DNA from: Paraspadella gotoi
Taxonomy: Eukaryota > Animalia > Chaetognatha
Length of the DNA: 64,000 nt
Assembly (NCBI GenBank): GCA_051294375.1
Contig: CM119269.1
Span: forward strand, 13,424,790-13,488,789
Reading direction: 5' to 3'
Positions 1-32,200 of this stretch are shown here, piece after piece; position 1 is the first letter of the stretch; each line of letters opens with the position of its first letter. The translations under genes and the position numbers were made by a program. Below the pieces are notes generated by a model. It saw only the letters and a list, made by a program, of their open reading frames with translations. It was not told where the DNA came from and searched no databases.

Positions 1-78
1 ATTCATTGCACATTTTCTTTGGCAAAAAAAAATCAAATTCGAATATTTAAACGATTCATTGCGTCATTTATTGCGTCA

Positions 79-1458
79 TTATCTCATTTCATCCGATATC
101 GGAGTCGTCTTCCTTAAACTTCTCCAGGTCATAACGACGATTTTGACGACCGAAGCGACGACGGCCACCACGAGCAGCGCGAGGGTGTGCTGCTTCAAAG
201 GATCCTCAATGTCGTAGTTGCGCGCCAAACTGCCCGTCAACGCCCATATCAACGTCAAGTGGGGTGCGAGAAGGTGACGCGTCCAGCGATCGAGAAAGAT
301 GAGATCGACCAGAACCCAAGTCACTGAAATTAAGTGAAACAGGAAGTAGTATTGCCATATCGCTGCATTCACAACATGTATTGTTTCGTGTCACAATTCA
401 CAACGTTAGCTCACCGATGATCGCGGTGAGAACTCCCAGAGACGCGAAGCAGGAAGTTTGCATTGAGACTTCGTGAACATAATGCAACATCATTGCTAAT
501 TCAAGTTAGTAGCCACCTGAATGCAAAACAATATTTAAAATTAATTAAATTCAAATAATTGTTAAATAGAAAGAAAATTAAAACCCTTGAATTTACCGTG
601 CACCATGTGGCGTAAACGCCCAAAGCATTGATGTGCAGAATCCAAACATCGCGACGTCGCGAGACAAACCATATTTTCTGCCAATGAAAAGAATATTTCA
701 TTTCATGAGATAATTTATTCGTCACGAATTCCGATTTTTTCAAATCGCAAACCTCAAAGCGGGAGTTACGTTGGCGAGTCTCAAAGTAGAGAACAGAATA
801 GTGAGATAGAGAGAGAGTGCTGTCAAGAGTAGAACCACGAACGCCCCCGTGATTTCCTCGGCGTCGAAGACAAAGAGCCAAGTGAAGGTGAGGACGAAAG
901 CGAGACCGGAAGAGAGGTAAGTCCAAACGGAGATGGGACCGGGACTCAGGTACAGATAGTTGTCGATGCCTTAATGGATTTCAATCAATATATATTTTAT
1001 TGTTAATAGCTTTTACGTATCAAGTAAGAAAGTTTGCTTGCTAACCCTTTCTAAAAATAGCGGCGAGACCGTAGATAAGCCACAAAAAATTCCAGAAAAA
1101 AATGAGACCCCAGATGGAAAAGGTCCAACCCATGGAGTTATTTGCAAGTCGTATTTGTCCGATTGATTTCCTGGGCTACTGTTGAACAACGTTCCCACCT
1201 GGGAACATAAAAATGGAGATAAAAGGGAAAGAAATTCCTTTATTAGTTTATTAAAAATTATAAAGCAATCTAATAAACTGAGGTGACATTCATTTATTTA
1301 CCAAAAGATTTGCTCCAGCGTTCATGATTATGTTAAGGATGTAAAGGATCAAAGAAGCAATTGGTGACGCCAACGATGATGGGTTTGTGACTTAACGCCA
1401 TGTTATTGACAAGAGCCTTGTTTGACGAGTTATACTCTGGCGATTTTAGGTCAGACAT
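79..1458 (-). CDS. TspO/MBR-related multipass membrane protein, paralog A, copy 1 (about 5 exons)
   Basis: Spliced reading gives MSDLKSP...HKPIIVGV | GTLFNSSPGNQSDKYDLQITP(M)GWTFSIWG | ...LGVYATWCT | ...LDRWTRHLLAPHLTLIWALTGSLARNYD...SDEMR*. The ITPxGWTFSIWG and YATW motifs are typical of the uncharacterised animal TspO-like family. GT-AG introns; small indels probably consensus errors. Confidence 0.7.
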
Positions 1459-1707
1459 TTTTGCGTCTTGAAAAGTTACGTTTGTAGGTATTTTTTTAAA
1501 TATAATTTTCCTGAAAATAATGATTTTGACTTTCATAGTTTTCATGGCGCATAATAAGTGTATTTAGATTTCACAAGAACAGATATTATTTATCAGTTAA
1601 ATATACATAAATTGTCCACTGTCCGCATAAAATGTCCATGTCCACAGTCCAGTTTCCAAAATTTACTATTGCGATTACAGAAAAAACTTTAGGAAAAACA
1701 TATTTTT

Positions 1708-2770
1708 GTGTTTACGACATTTTTTAATGACACTGGCGCCCCCTTGGATCGACCTCGCCAGATCATGACGAAGATCTTGACAACGGAGGCGACGACGCGA
1801 GAGGACGAGCAGCGCGAGGGTGTGTTGCTTCAAAGGATCCTCCAGGTCGAAGTGCCGCATCAAACTGCCCGTCAACGCCCAGACGAGGGTAGATGCGGAC
1901 TCAGGAGATGACGGACCATCGATCGAGAAAAATGAGATCGATCAGAACCCAAGTCACTGGGGGGAAATTTATTATTTATTTATTATTATCTTAATTACTA
2001 TGCATGAAAACGATTTTTATTTAAAATTTTTATTTCTATTTACTATTTCCCTATGTTTCGTTCATATGTGGATGTGTTTCGTGATCATAATATTTTTCTA
2101 TCATATAACTGTCGTTAAGTGATAACTTTCGTTTATGTGACATCTCACTTACCGATGATTACGGTGAGTAAACCTTAAGGCAACGAAACAGGAACTCTGC
2201 ATCGAGATTCCGTAGACGTAATGAAAAACCATGGAGAAATTCAAATTCGTCGCCACCTAAATGAGAAAAGAACCAAATCAAACTTACCCTCTACTCTCGA
2301 AAAGAGCCAACCCTTAGCTTACCGTGCACCATGTTGCGTAAATTCCTAAGCCGTTGATGTGCAGAACCAAACCAAAGGAACGTCGATGGCAAAACCGAAT
2401 TTTCTGAATACATCGAAATAATTTTATTCGGAGGTGAGTTAATTAACGAGTTGGATGGCTCTCGCTTTTTAACTTACCTCAATTTGGGCGCGACGGTCGG
2501 CCAATCTCTCATCGAGAAAAAAAAGGGTGATGTAGAGGAAGATGACGGTCAATAGGAGGACGACAAACGCGCCCCAGATGGCGTTGTTGTCGAAGGCGAA
2601 GACCCAAGAGAGAGTAAAGACGAAAGCGAAACATCCGGTGAGGTAAGTCCAGATAGAAATGGGACCGGGGCTCAGATAGGATAGTTGTCGATTCCTTGTT
2701 TGGAAGAAAATTTATTGGTAAAGGAAGTCTCTCTCTCTCTTCTCTCTCTCTCTCTCTCTCTTCCTCTCTT

Positions 2771-2831
<61 letters not shown>

Positions 2832-3004
2832 CTCTCTTTCTCCCCTCACCCTTTCTAAAAATAGCGGCGATTCCATAGACGAACCACAAAATGTTCCAGA
2901 GAAAGATGACTCCCCAGATGGAGAAGGTCCATCCCATCGGAGTTATCCACAAATCGTATTTGGCCGATTGATCACGGGTGCTGTTGTTGAACAAGGATCC
3001 CGCC
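1708..3004 (-). pseudogene. TspO/MBR-related protein, paralog B, copy 1 (first coding exon missing)
   Basis: Exons read GSLFNNSTRDQSAKYDLWITPMGWTFSIWGVIFLWNILWFVYGIAAIFRKG and the LSYLSPGPISIWTYLTGCF region. Identity to copies 2 and 3 stops at ~3345, before the exon 1 seen at ~12772-12870. Confidence 0.55.
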
Positions 3005-4104
3005 TTTGGATTTCGGGACACAAGTTAATGAACTAGATTAGGAGAAAATCTTGATTTAAAAGAAAAACCGCATAAAATGTTAAGTTAATAAGTAGATTTT
3101 AGCTTGCAGTGTCTTGCGTTGCGACTATCTTGTAAACGGGATGAAGGGCCTTAACCCAACATTTCCTGTCCAGAGGACTGCCTGGACTGTCTGGACCAGA
3201 GGCAATATAGTTTGTACATTGGTTTCTAAGCAACTTACTATAGGACTTACCATTAGTTACTGTATCTCTTACACTTTTCTGGTGTCAGATTTGATCTAGA
3301 GCGAGAGGAACTCGTCCAGCTGATCCAATCTGGCACGTGATAGCAAGAGAGAGATTCCCATAAAATTGCTTTATATTTTCAGTTAAAGTAAAAAGACAAA
3401 CCAAAAATTTATGTTATAGCTTGATAAAATTGTTATGTTTAAATATTAAAAATTAATAAATTTCAAAATGTTTTCAGCTTGATATAAACAGTCTGGACAT
3501 CTACCTTCTGTCTGTGAAAAAAAAATCGTCATTTTCATTATCTTTAACTTGGGCAAAAAAAACTTAAAAGGCTGGAAAAAGAAAAAAATTTCACCACTGC
3601 TGTTTTATCATAATAAAATTGTAAAATTATATAGCTGGTAACCATAATTTGACAAAGCAAAACATTATTGAGTTAAATTGTATATGATAATTTTTTTTTT
3701 TTAAATATAGTAAGCTGAATTTAATTCTATTTATTTATCATCATTTAATTAAGAAAAAATATTTTTCGTAATAGCCCATGGAAAGGGTTCATTGACTGAC
3801 TAATGATGAAATTTTTTAGATTTCTTTACTGCCCCCATTTCACAAGATATAAAAGGTCATGGTTTATCATGTCAATAAGTCGATTAAATCTGTACCATTT
3901 CTGCAACCCTGCATTCCAAATTTTCTTTTTTTCCCCTTTCAAATGTATTAAATAAAAAAAATTATTTGAGAGAATCAATCGGCGTGGAGGATGCCATTGG
4001 TAAGCCTTAGTTACCCACTTCGCCGATCCAAATTTTTAAAATGAGGTTTTTTTCGCTCTATTTGAGATATAACACTACTATTAGTACTAATTATTTTTTT
4101 CTAT

Positions 4105-5942
4105 TTTTTTAGTCGGATCTGCTTATCAGCAGATCCGACTCTATAACTCACTTTATTATAACTCACTTTTTCGGTCCGTCGGTCCGCCACCTCAATATTT
4201 GGTCGGGCACACACTTATATCAATGTCAGAACATCGATATGAATAAATTATGCAAAAAAAATGAATGTCCGTCCGTCCGTACGTCTGTCCCGTACGTACC
4301 GTGGCTCTTCCGTCCGTCCGTATCGTCCGGTGCCGTCCGTCCGTCCGTCCTCCGTCGTACCGCCGTCCGTACCGTCCGTCCGTCGTCCGTCCCGTCGTCC
4401 GTCCGTTCCGTCCACCTTAGCAAAAAACACCAATTACTTCGTTGATTGGATGGATGATTTAATGAATTGTTGTGGGATAGGTTAAGTGTGTATTGAGCTG
4501 GATAGAAGTTTCGATGGAATCGTCCAGTGGAAATGAGTTTTAAAATGGAAAATAACAGAAAAATAATTCACTATTTGAACACATTGCTCATGAGTGGATG
4601 GCTGAATTGTACCTGCAATTTTGTATGTGGGTAGGAGAAGTGTGTGATTGATACAGATAATCGAAAGTTTCGATGGAATAGTTGAGTGGAAATGAGTTTA
4701 AAATGGAAAAAAACAAAAAACCTGTTTTACTTAATTGATATGCTTCTTTATTCTCTTTTATATAAAATGTACTCTGCAGGATGTATTAATAAATTCAATA
4801 AATTAATCAGTTAATTAATCAATTAAGTATATAAATTATTCATAATAAATTAATTAGTCACAATCCGTCCATCCGTCCCATATTAGCAAAAAGCTCAAAT
4901 AACTCGTGATTGGCTGTTGGATCGGAATTAAATTTTGTGTGTGGGTAGGAAGTGCTGTGATAAGCTGGATATAAATCGATGAATCGTGTGAGTCGGAATT
5001 AGTTGTAAATGAAAAACATAAGTCGATTTAACTAAAAATCTTTTACTTATCTTTAACCCAATTAAATACTTCGCAATTAATTCATAATTGATGGATAGAT
5101 TGAGTGATTTTGTGTGTGGGTAGAAAACGTATGAACGAAGCTTGATATAAAGTTTCATAGTGGAAACGTACCAGTGGAAATGAGTTTAAATGAAAAAATA
5201 TGAAGTCCACATTTAACTTGAATCTTTTTATTTAATTTTAACCCATGATAGATTTGAGATGAAATTTTGTGAGCGGTAGGAAAGTGAGTGAAGAAGCTAG
5301 ATATAAAGTTTTGACGGAATGCAAGGTTGAAAAAATTAAATGCATAGTTGAAAAAATGATGCAAGTTAAAAAAATCTTAAAAGCATAGGACGTCACTTTG
5401 CATAAAAAGAGAAGAAGAAGAGAGAGAGAAAGAGAGAGTGAGAGAGAGAGAAGAGAGTGAGAGAGAAAGAGAGAGAAGTGAGAGACGAGAGAAGAGAGAA
5501 GGAAGACATAAAATAAAAAGAATATCTAAAAGAGACTCAATGATCGAGCCAGAGCCCACTATCATAGAAAATTAATGAAAAAACCCGGGAAAAAACCAGA
5601 ATATGTATATCACATGCGATACGATTGTTGTGTACTAGTAATGATTGAGGTAATACTAATTGATTCGATTGTAATAGTAATTTATTGATGAATAGGAATT
5701 GATATTGATTCGATGATAATCAAATTAATTGATGCGATGATAGTCATCTCACTGCTGTGATGATAGTCATCTTCAGTGATTGGCGATGAATTGTCATTCA
5801 TCTGATGCGATGATTGTCATTCTTATGCGATGAATAGTCAATAAACACAAACAAATGCGTGTATGAGTGAAAGGAGAGAGAGAGAGAGAGAGAGAGCAGA
5901 GATAGAGAGAGAGAGAAGAAAGACGCAGAGAGAGAAAGAATT

Positions 5943-5986
<44 letters not shown>

Positions 5987-6423
5987 TAATCCACGAAAAG
6001 CTCGGGAAATATGGATTTGGATTGAAAGCGCGGATAAATGGCAATATAAAAGTTTTTAAGAAGGAAAAACATAATCAGAATTTTTAAAAAACAAACGATC
6101 ACCGCAAAAGATCGGAAGATAGGGAAAAAAGACACACACAGAGGACAAGAGAGACCAGAGAGAGAGAGAGAAAGAGAGAGAGAGAAGACAGCCGCTGCAG
6201 AGAAAAGAGAAAGAGAAAGAGAGCGAATATAATAATTAAACTAGAGAGAGAGAGAGAGAAGCTCCTAACAGCCCCTTTACGTCCGTTAAAAAATCAGCAG
6301 TACTTATGGCGCGCAACGTAGCGTGAGCTAATTCTCTACCCAAAAGGACCCGGGTTGCGTCCCTGATTCGCGGAACGTTTTTTACATTATGTGAACCACA
6401 TATATATCTAAAAAATTTTTGTA

Positions 6424-6456
<33 letters not shown>

Positions 6457-6989
6457 AGAGAGAGAAGAAGCTGGACAGACGCTGCAGAGCCGGAACTCGT
6501 TTTTAGAAGAAGCAGTGACGGAGAAAAAGAGAGAGAGAGAGAGCGACATATAATTCAAAAACGTTTTTGTTTTGTAAATAAAACATAATCAAATACCAAT
6601 CATTGATATGAAACTTAGGAGAATTTTAAAGATCTTATGATTAGAAGCCATATATGAAAATTCCAGACTCCCTAGTGATATCACACTTTCAGAAGCCATG
6701 ATTGCAAAAAGCGGAGACCGAAAGCTAGAAAAAACAATCTAGACAGGACGGGCTTTGCCCGCGCTGGCTCGATAAAGAGGATATTTGTTTGTTTTGATAA
6801 AATGTAAACAAAACATTAATATGTCCTGACTCAATTCTTAAAAGACATCGAATGATGACAAGCTGAATATAAATTATAATTAATCTATTAATAATTACTT
6901 AAATTAATCTATTATTAATTAATTATTAACAATTAATTAATTAATTATGGTACGGCAGAATCCGACACTTGTTTGCTCAAGACTTGTTT
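4105..6989 (+). mobile_element. Non-autonomous Helentron/DINE-1-like (HINE) element with internal satellite
   Basis: T-run, then hairpin AGTCGGATCTGCT-TATC-AGCAGATCCGACT (4111-4140), a (CCGT)n tract (4268-4412) and degenerate tandem units (4460-5340). The 3' end GCAGAATCCGACACTTGTTTGCTCAAGACTTGTTT (6955-6989) matches the short copy at 30803-30912. Confidence 0.6.
6307..6376 (+). mobile_element. Possible degenerate tRNA-derived SINE head
   Basis: TGGCGCGCAACGTAGC (A-box-like) ... GGACCCGGGTTGCGTCCC (B-box-like). No complete cloverleaf. Confidence 0.3.
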
Positions 6990-7930
6990 CTATTCATTTA
7001 GAATAATACTGATACAGTAACATTTTTAAAAAAATCTAATCATCTTCACCCTATATCAGCTCATATCTAAAACAAAAAAGATTTGAGCATTGATATTTTG
7101 GATATCAAAACATATGAAACTATAAACGTTTCAAAAAACTAAAAAGAAATATAAATAATATTGACAGTGAATTTTTTATGCACGGAACAGTAAACCGTTA
7201 CGCCATTTTTCATTGTGTCTAAACCTCGGAATTTCTTTTCGTTTTTCTCAACAATCCTCTTATCGCTCATCATGATTCATCTGATCCGATTTATCCGGTC
7301 CGTTTTTGAAGTCATGTGGTAAAAGATATCGTTAAATTTACGTAGTTTTACATAGTTACTTTTAATATCAAAAAATTTTAAAAGATCATATTTATATTAT
7401 TTTTATTTATTTCATGATATAAACCATATATATATATTTTTAAGCGACATCATCAATTTATTATAAATGAATCTATTTATGTAGATCTATTTATGTAGAT
7501 ACGTTCATACAAAATTTTATTGAAATTGTTTAAGAATTTTTAGTTAAAATTTTTTATTAATTGGAAATTTAAATTTTGACCTTATTTAAAAGCCAAAACA
7601 AAAAATTTAATGTAATTTATTTTGATTTAAGTAGGCTGGCTGAATAACAGCTTGTTTTTTACAAGAAAATCCTAATTTTTTTAAACCGGAACTGGTTCGA
7701 CGCAAAAACTGACTCTATGAAAAGCATCCAGATAAATTTTTTAGGGTGATATTCATTTTATGCACTAAATTTGGCGTAAGAAACTTTGCTAGTATCAATA
7801 ACTTTCAAAAATGTATGATATTTCTGGGTTCTCTATTACCCGAAGTACTGAAAATTAAAAGTAAAATGCCAAACCACTAATAGTATCCTAAGAGCCCCTG
7901 CTGCATCCTTGCTCATTTTCACGGATTCAC

Positions 7931-27230
<19,300 letters not shown>

Positions 27231-27959
27231 CTGAAGTGATTGATTGATTGATGGGATTCGTTTTCTATGGGATTCGATTGACTGGTTTTGGTCGATTGCG
27301 AGTCTTCATTCGGAAGATGTCTCTTAGTATTTCTTAGATAAAATTCGATTAGATTTGACTGATTGGTGGTTTGGATTAATGTAGATTCTATTTGATTTAT
27401 TTGATGTTAATGACTTCATGCGTTTTATTTGTTTGGCTGCATTTAAGCGGTTATTTTGACAAATTTGATAACATATTTGGGATTTTTATTGATGGATTAA
27501 TTAGTAGACCAATTGCTTGGTTGATTATGTCGGTTATTCAGTGAGTTAGCGATCGCATGATTGATTGATTGAATACCGTATATCTATTGATTGATATATA
27601 TATATATATATATTTGTTGATTTTTCCTGAATATAACGACCATAGTGCTCTATCTATTTGTCTATTCACACAGAATTATCTCACCTTGAAAATCAAATCG
27701 AATCTCCGCCCGAAAAAATAATTAATCAAATCCGATTTTTCTTTTTTCCATCGACGACGATTTTTTCCACTTTTTGCCAAAAATTTAAATCTCGAATTCG
27801 TGACATTTTTTTGGTCTCAATTGTAAAAAGAAACGCAGAGTCAAATATTTCACTGGTTCGATTTGTAACAGACAATTTTCTATGGGAGCAGGAAGAGGAA
27901 GAGGAAGCGGAAATAAAACCCGGGCGCCATGGCTGCAACGCGCGTGCAGCGAGCGAAAC

Positions 27960-28028
<69 letters not shown>

Positions 28029-28233
28029 ATAGATTGTTCCTTTCTGCTGGATCAAAATCTCACAATAGAAGTCACGTATTGTGGATATCTATTCTACGAT
28101 AATTTCTAAGAAATAAAAAAAAAAATATGCAATTAATGAATCCATTTTACTTCTTGAAGTCAATGATATTTACATTGTTTGTACCTCGAGTTTTAATTTT
28201 CTGATATTTTAAAGTTTAAATAAATGTTGACAA

Positions 28234-29049
28234 TCAATCGCCATCTATTGTATCGTTTTCTCTGACGTCGTCGTCATTTTCCCCAACTTCGCTTTTCTCA
28301 TCTCGTCTGAAAATTCTCAGAAAACCGCCACTTGTTTTCCAAGCGTAAAAAGCGTAAGACGCGCCACCTACAATAGCGGAAAATAAACAAAATAAAAACG
28401 GTCCTGGAAGAGAAAGCGAAATAAACGATATAAAAACTAAATTATAGTATAGTAATCTACAGCGAACCAAGTTAGCCTTACTTTAGTTACCAATCGACAA
28501 ATCTGTTAGTCAATAAGTCTGTCATGAGCTCTAACAGCCATTCAGGAATTGTGTGAGGGATAAAGTCAGTCAGACAATCGTTCAGTTCTAGGCATTTGTT
28601 GATAAAGGAGTAAGGCAGTCAGTCAGTTATTCAGTCAGTCTGTCACATAGTCAGTCAGTCACTTAGTCAATCGACCAATCATTTAGTCAGTTATTTAGTC
28701 AAGAGTAAATAATTTAGTCAGTCAGTCAATCACTATTTTAATCAGTCAGTCAGTCACCTTTTTAATCAGTCGGCTAGTCACTTATACAATCAGTCAGTTA
28801 GTCAATCACTTTTTAAATTAAGTCACTTTTTCAATCAGTCAGTCAGTCAGAATTTTCAATCAGTCAGTCAGTCATTGACTCATCACCCGCGGCGACGCTG
28901 GCGAATGATAGAAAGACGAGATAACCGAAGAATTTCGATTGAGGGACGAAGACGACGACGACGAACTTGACGATGTCGACGAGGAAGCAGAGAGACTGGA
29001 GGACGCCGTTGACCACACCGCGTTGAGATTCCACTACTCGCTCCTAATG

Positions 29050-29103
<54 letters not shown>

Positions 29104-29263
29104 TATATAGATTTTTCGCCATCTTATTTATTTTAATAGATTCTAAACTGAAAAGAGAATTATTAAATTCCTTAGAAAATTCTTTGTGGGATATATAGGA
29201 TATATTTGGCCTAAAATTGTCTCACTCTTTCTCTCTCTCTCTCTTTCTCTCCCTCTCTGTCTC

Positions 29264-29295
<32 letters not shown>

Positions 29296-32200
29296 ATATC
29301 CAATATTTGTGTTTTTTAATCATTAATCATTTTAATTTTTTTGAAAGGGAATTGAATTTAAATATTGAAAGAGATATACACTTAAGCATCTTTCAAACAA
29401 TTTTCAATCTATATGAACCTCCCCGCGATTTAAACGTCCATTTTATAACATTTCTTAGTTTCCAAATTTCAATTTAACCACAACTTCCCTCCTCTATAAT
29501 TTCTCGCCTGAAATATTTGCATGATGACGAGATCGAGATTCCAAAGACCAAATCTGGCGCCGACGATTCCAACCATCATAACGGCGATGGAGACGCGGGA
29601 TCCGAACCCGGTTCCACCGCAGGCCGGGCTGTAAGAAATAGGAAAGGAGAAAGTGTGAGGTTGAATTAATTAAATAAAAAAAACAAACAAACAAAAATGA
29701 TCTAGAAAAACTTTTAACTTTTAAAAATTGAAGTCAGAGATTTACAATGAATATTGTACATATACAATATACCTTCAGTTATTAATCAAAAGATTTAAGC
29801 AATTACGCATTAATGTATTGTTCACCTGGCCACTTGAAAGTTAGTCTCATTTTTCGATGAATCTATTGTCTCTTCTATAACGGAAGAGGTCGCTGTCGTC
29901 GAAGGCACCGACGACGACGACGACGACGACGCCAACGACGACGAGTTTCCCGCCTCGGCGTCGAGCGGCGCGAAGGGCGAACCTGGAAGGAAAACGGCGA
30001 CGACGCAGAAAGACAGGAAAGACAACTGCAGCGCCGAGGCGACGATCCCGGCGCCTTCGAGTCGAAAATGGCGCCGCAAAATTGGGTAAGCGAGGGTGCC
30101 GAGAATGCCGACCACGGCGCCGCCGGCTTGGATGGCGCCTAGAAATTGTAATTGTAAAATTAGAAGGTTGTAATTAATTAAGTGATGACAGGTTGGAAAA
30201 GGCTGTTCCGACATCGACTCGGTAAAAGTGCTTCATCTCTAAACCCATACGGTCCCGGGTTCAAAATGCTCTTTCAATAGACGATTCAACATCTGAGACC
30301 CACCTCAAGACTCTCAGAGATGATTGGCAACCCCCTCTCTTCTCTCGGTCACTTGAGCTCTCCTCTTCCTTCCGCAGCAGCGTGTGGTAAGATCGAACTC
30401 ACCCAAAGCGACGGCGCAGAGTCCCTGACTGTAGGCGTAAGCGATCGTTATGGCGTCGAAGCCCAGCACCGTTAAGTACAGCATCGCCATGCCGCAGCCG
30501 GCGCTGCGGAGAGAGTGGCGCCAATACGTCGCCCAAGCGAAGAAGGAACGACGCAGCGGCGAAAGAACCGTCTCGGTGAAGCGGAGCCGCCGTGTCTGCG
30601 GCGGCTGCTGCGTATTTTCTTGCTGTCGATCGTCATCATCGGCTTCTTTCGTCGTTAACATTTTCTCATTTTCAGGTTGACTCGATTTTTCCTGACGGGA
30701 CAAATATTTATTTTTTAATTGTTAAAGTTATAAATTTCTCCGTATCTTAAAACGAGTGACACAAAAAAATATTTCTCACATTCTTTAATGAAAAAGAATC
30801 GATTTTTAGTCGGATCTGCTTATCATTATGACAAATTATGCAAACAAAATTATGTCCGTCCGTCCGTCCGTCCGTCAGCAGATCCGACATTGTTTGCTCA
30901 AACTTGTTTTTTTGTAAAAGATATGTCGCAGTAATTAAAAACAAAATGGAAACAATCACGCAGAGATCAACGCGGCATCTCTGGAGGGGGTTTCCCTTAC
31001 GTTGACCTATACGGGCGAGAGCCGAGCTGGTCTTATTACCCAGCTATTCAACCCAGCAAGGAGGTCAGCTAGGTAAGGAACTAAGAAGCAACATCGCAGA
31101 GACACGGGTTTCCGGTTACAGAAGGTTAAGTTTCTCTTTTTATCTAGAGAGCTTTCTGCCCCACCCAAAATTTTGGTTGACTTGGATACTTATCAAGCCT
31201 TTGGTCCAATTAGTTTGGACATGAAAGGACCGTGTTTCGAGAATGTTTGCTTTGCTATTGATAAGTCAGTTAGTCGGAATTCAATCGATCAGTTTACGTT
31301 TCAACGAGAGATTGCACTTTTATCAAAAAATTATCGATTAGTTGGCATACGACAAGATGTAAATGAGAGTATAGAAATTAAATGGTTAATTTGTAATTGT
31401 TTCATGTTTTCCTTTATGTCTTTTTTAGTCGGTTTAAATTTAGATTTCGACTCTATAATTAGGGGTGGCCTATCACAGTAAGTTAGGTCAAAAATTTCAA
31501 TTGAGCACCTGCTCAATTAAAACCAATCGTTGTTGAAACTAAACAAATCAAACTCTTTCTAATAACATTTTTTAAAAAATTAGAATAGATAAAAATTTGT
31601 AACATGATTTTATACATATATATTATTTATTTTTTTTTAATCAGATTCAGGTAGCTTGCAAAAAGTATAATTCTTTTTTTGATATTTTATCAAAAGAAAA
31701 AACCGTTAAAAATTATCATCATCATCATCATCTTTCGATAATTTTGTTAGTTTTTTAAATTTTGAGCATGAAAACGTAAGAAATTTCGTGTGTGGGGAGG
31801 AAAGTATGGAATCAAGCTGGATATAAATTTTTGATGGAATCGTAGCAGTGGAAAAGTGTTTAAAATAAAAAACCAAAATACACATTGATTTGAATTTTTA
31901 AAAGTTTCTCTCTCTCTATTGCCATCTGATTAATTGGCTGATTGATTGATTGATTAATTGATTGATTGATTGATAGATTGTTAATTTGGTTAAATGATTG
32001 ATTGATAATTTTTTTAATTGATTAATTTAGAAATCTGTTACGATTTATAATGTTATGATCTAGTTATTATTAATCTCTGATCATATGATCTATTTATTTA
32101 TGAATTTTCTTGTCACATTCATCGAACATCACATCTGATTAGCTGCTTACCGCTAAATCATCGTAGGCAGATCCGATTTTTCTCTCGTTTCGCTTTGGGA

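Noticed and set aside
3215-3345. Possible H/ACA snoRNA on the minus strand (hairpin, AGAAAA, hairpin, ACA)
   Set aside because: The second hairpin is not kept in copies 2 and 3, no target is evident, and the region fits an inverted-repeat element better.
4226-4485. Overlapping ORFs on both strands; CRISPR-like periodicity
   Set aside because: This is the (CCGT)n tract of the HINE element. The context is eukaryotic and there is no repeat-spacer structure.
30212-30270. tRNA-like GGTCCCGGGTTCAAA motif
   Set aside because: No acceptor stem or cloverleaf; at most a SINE remnant.
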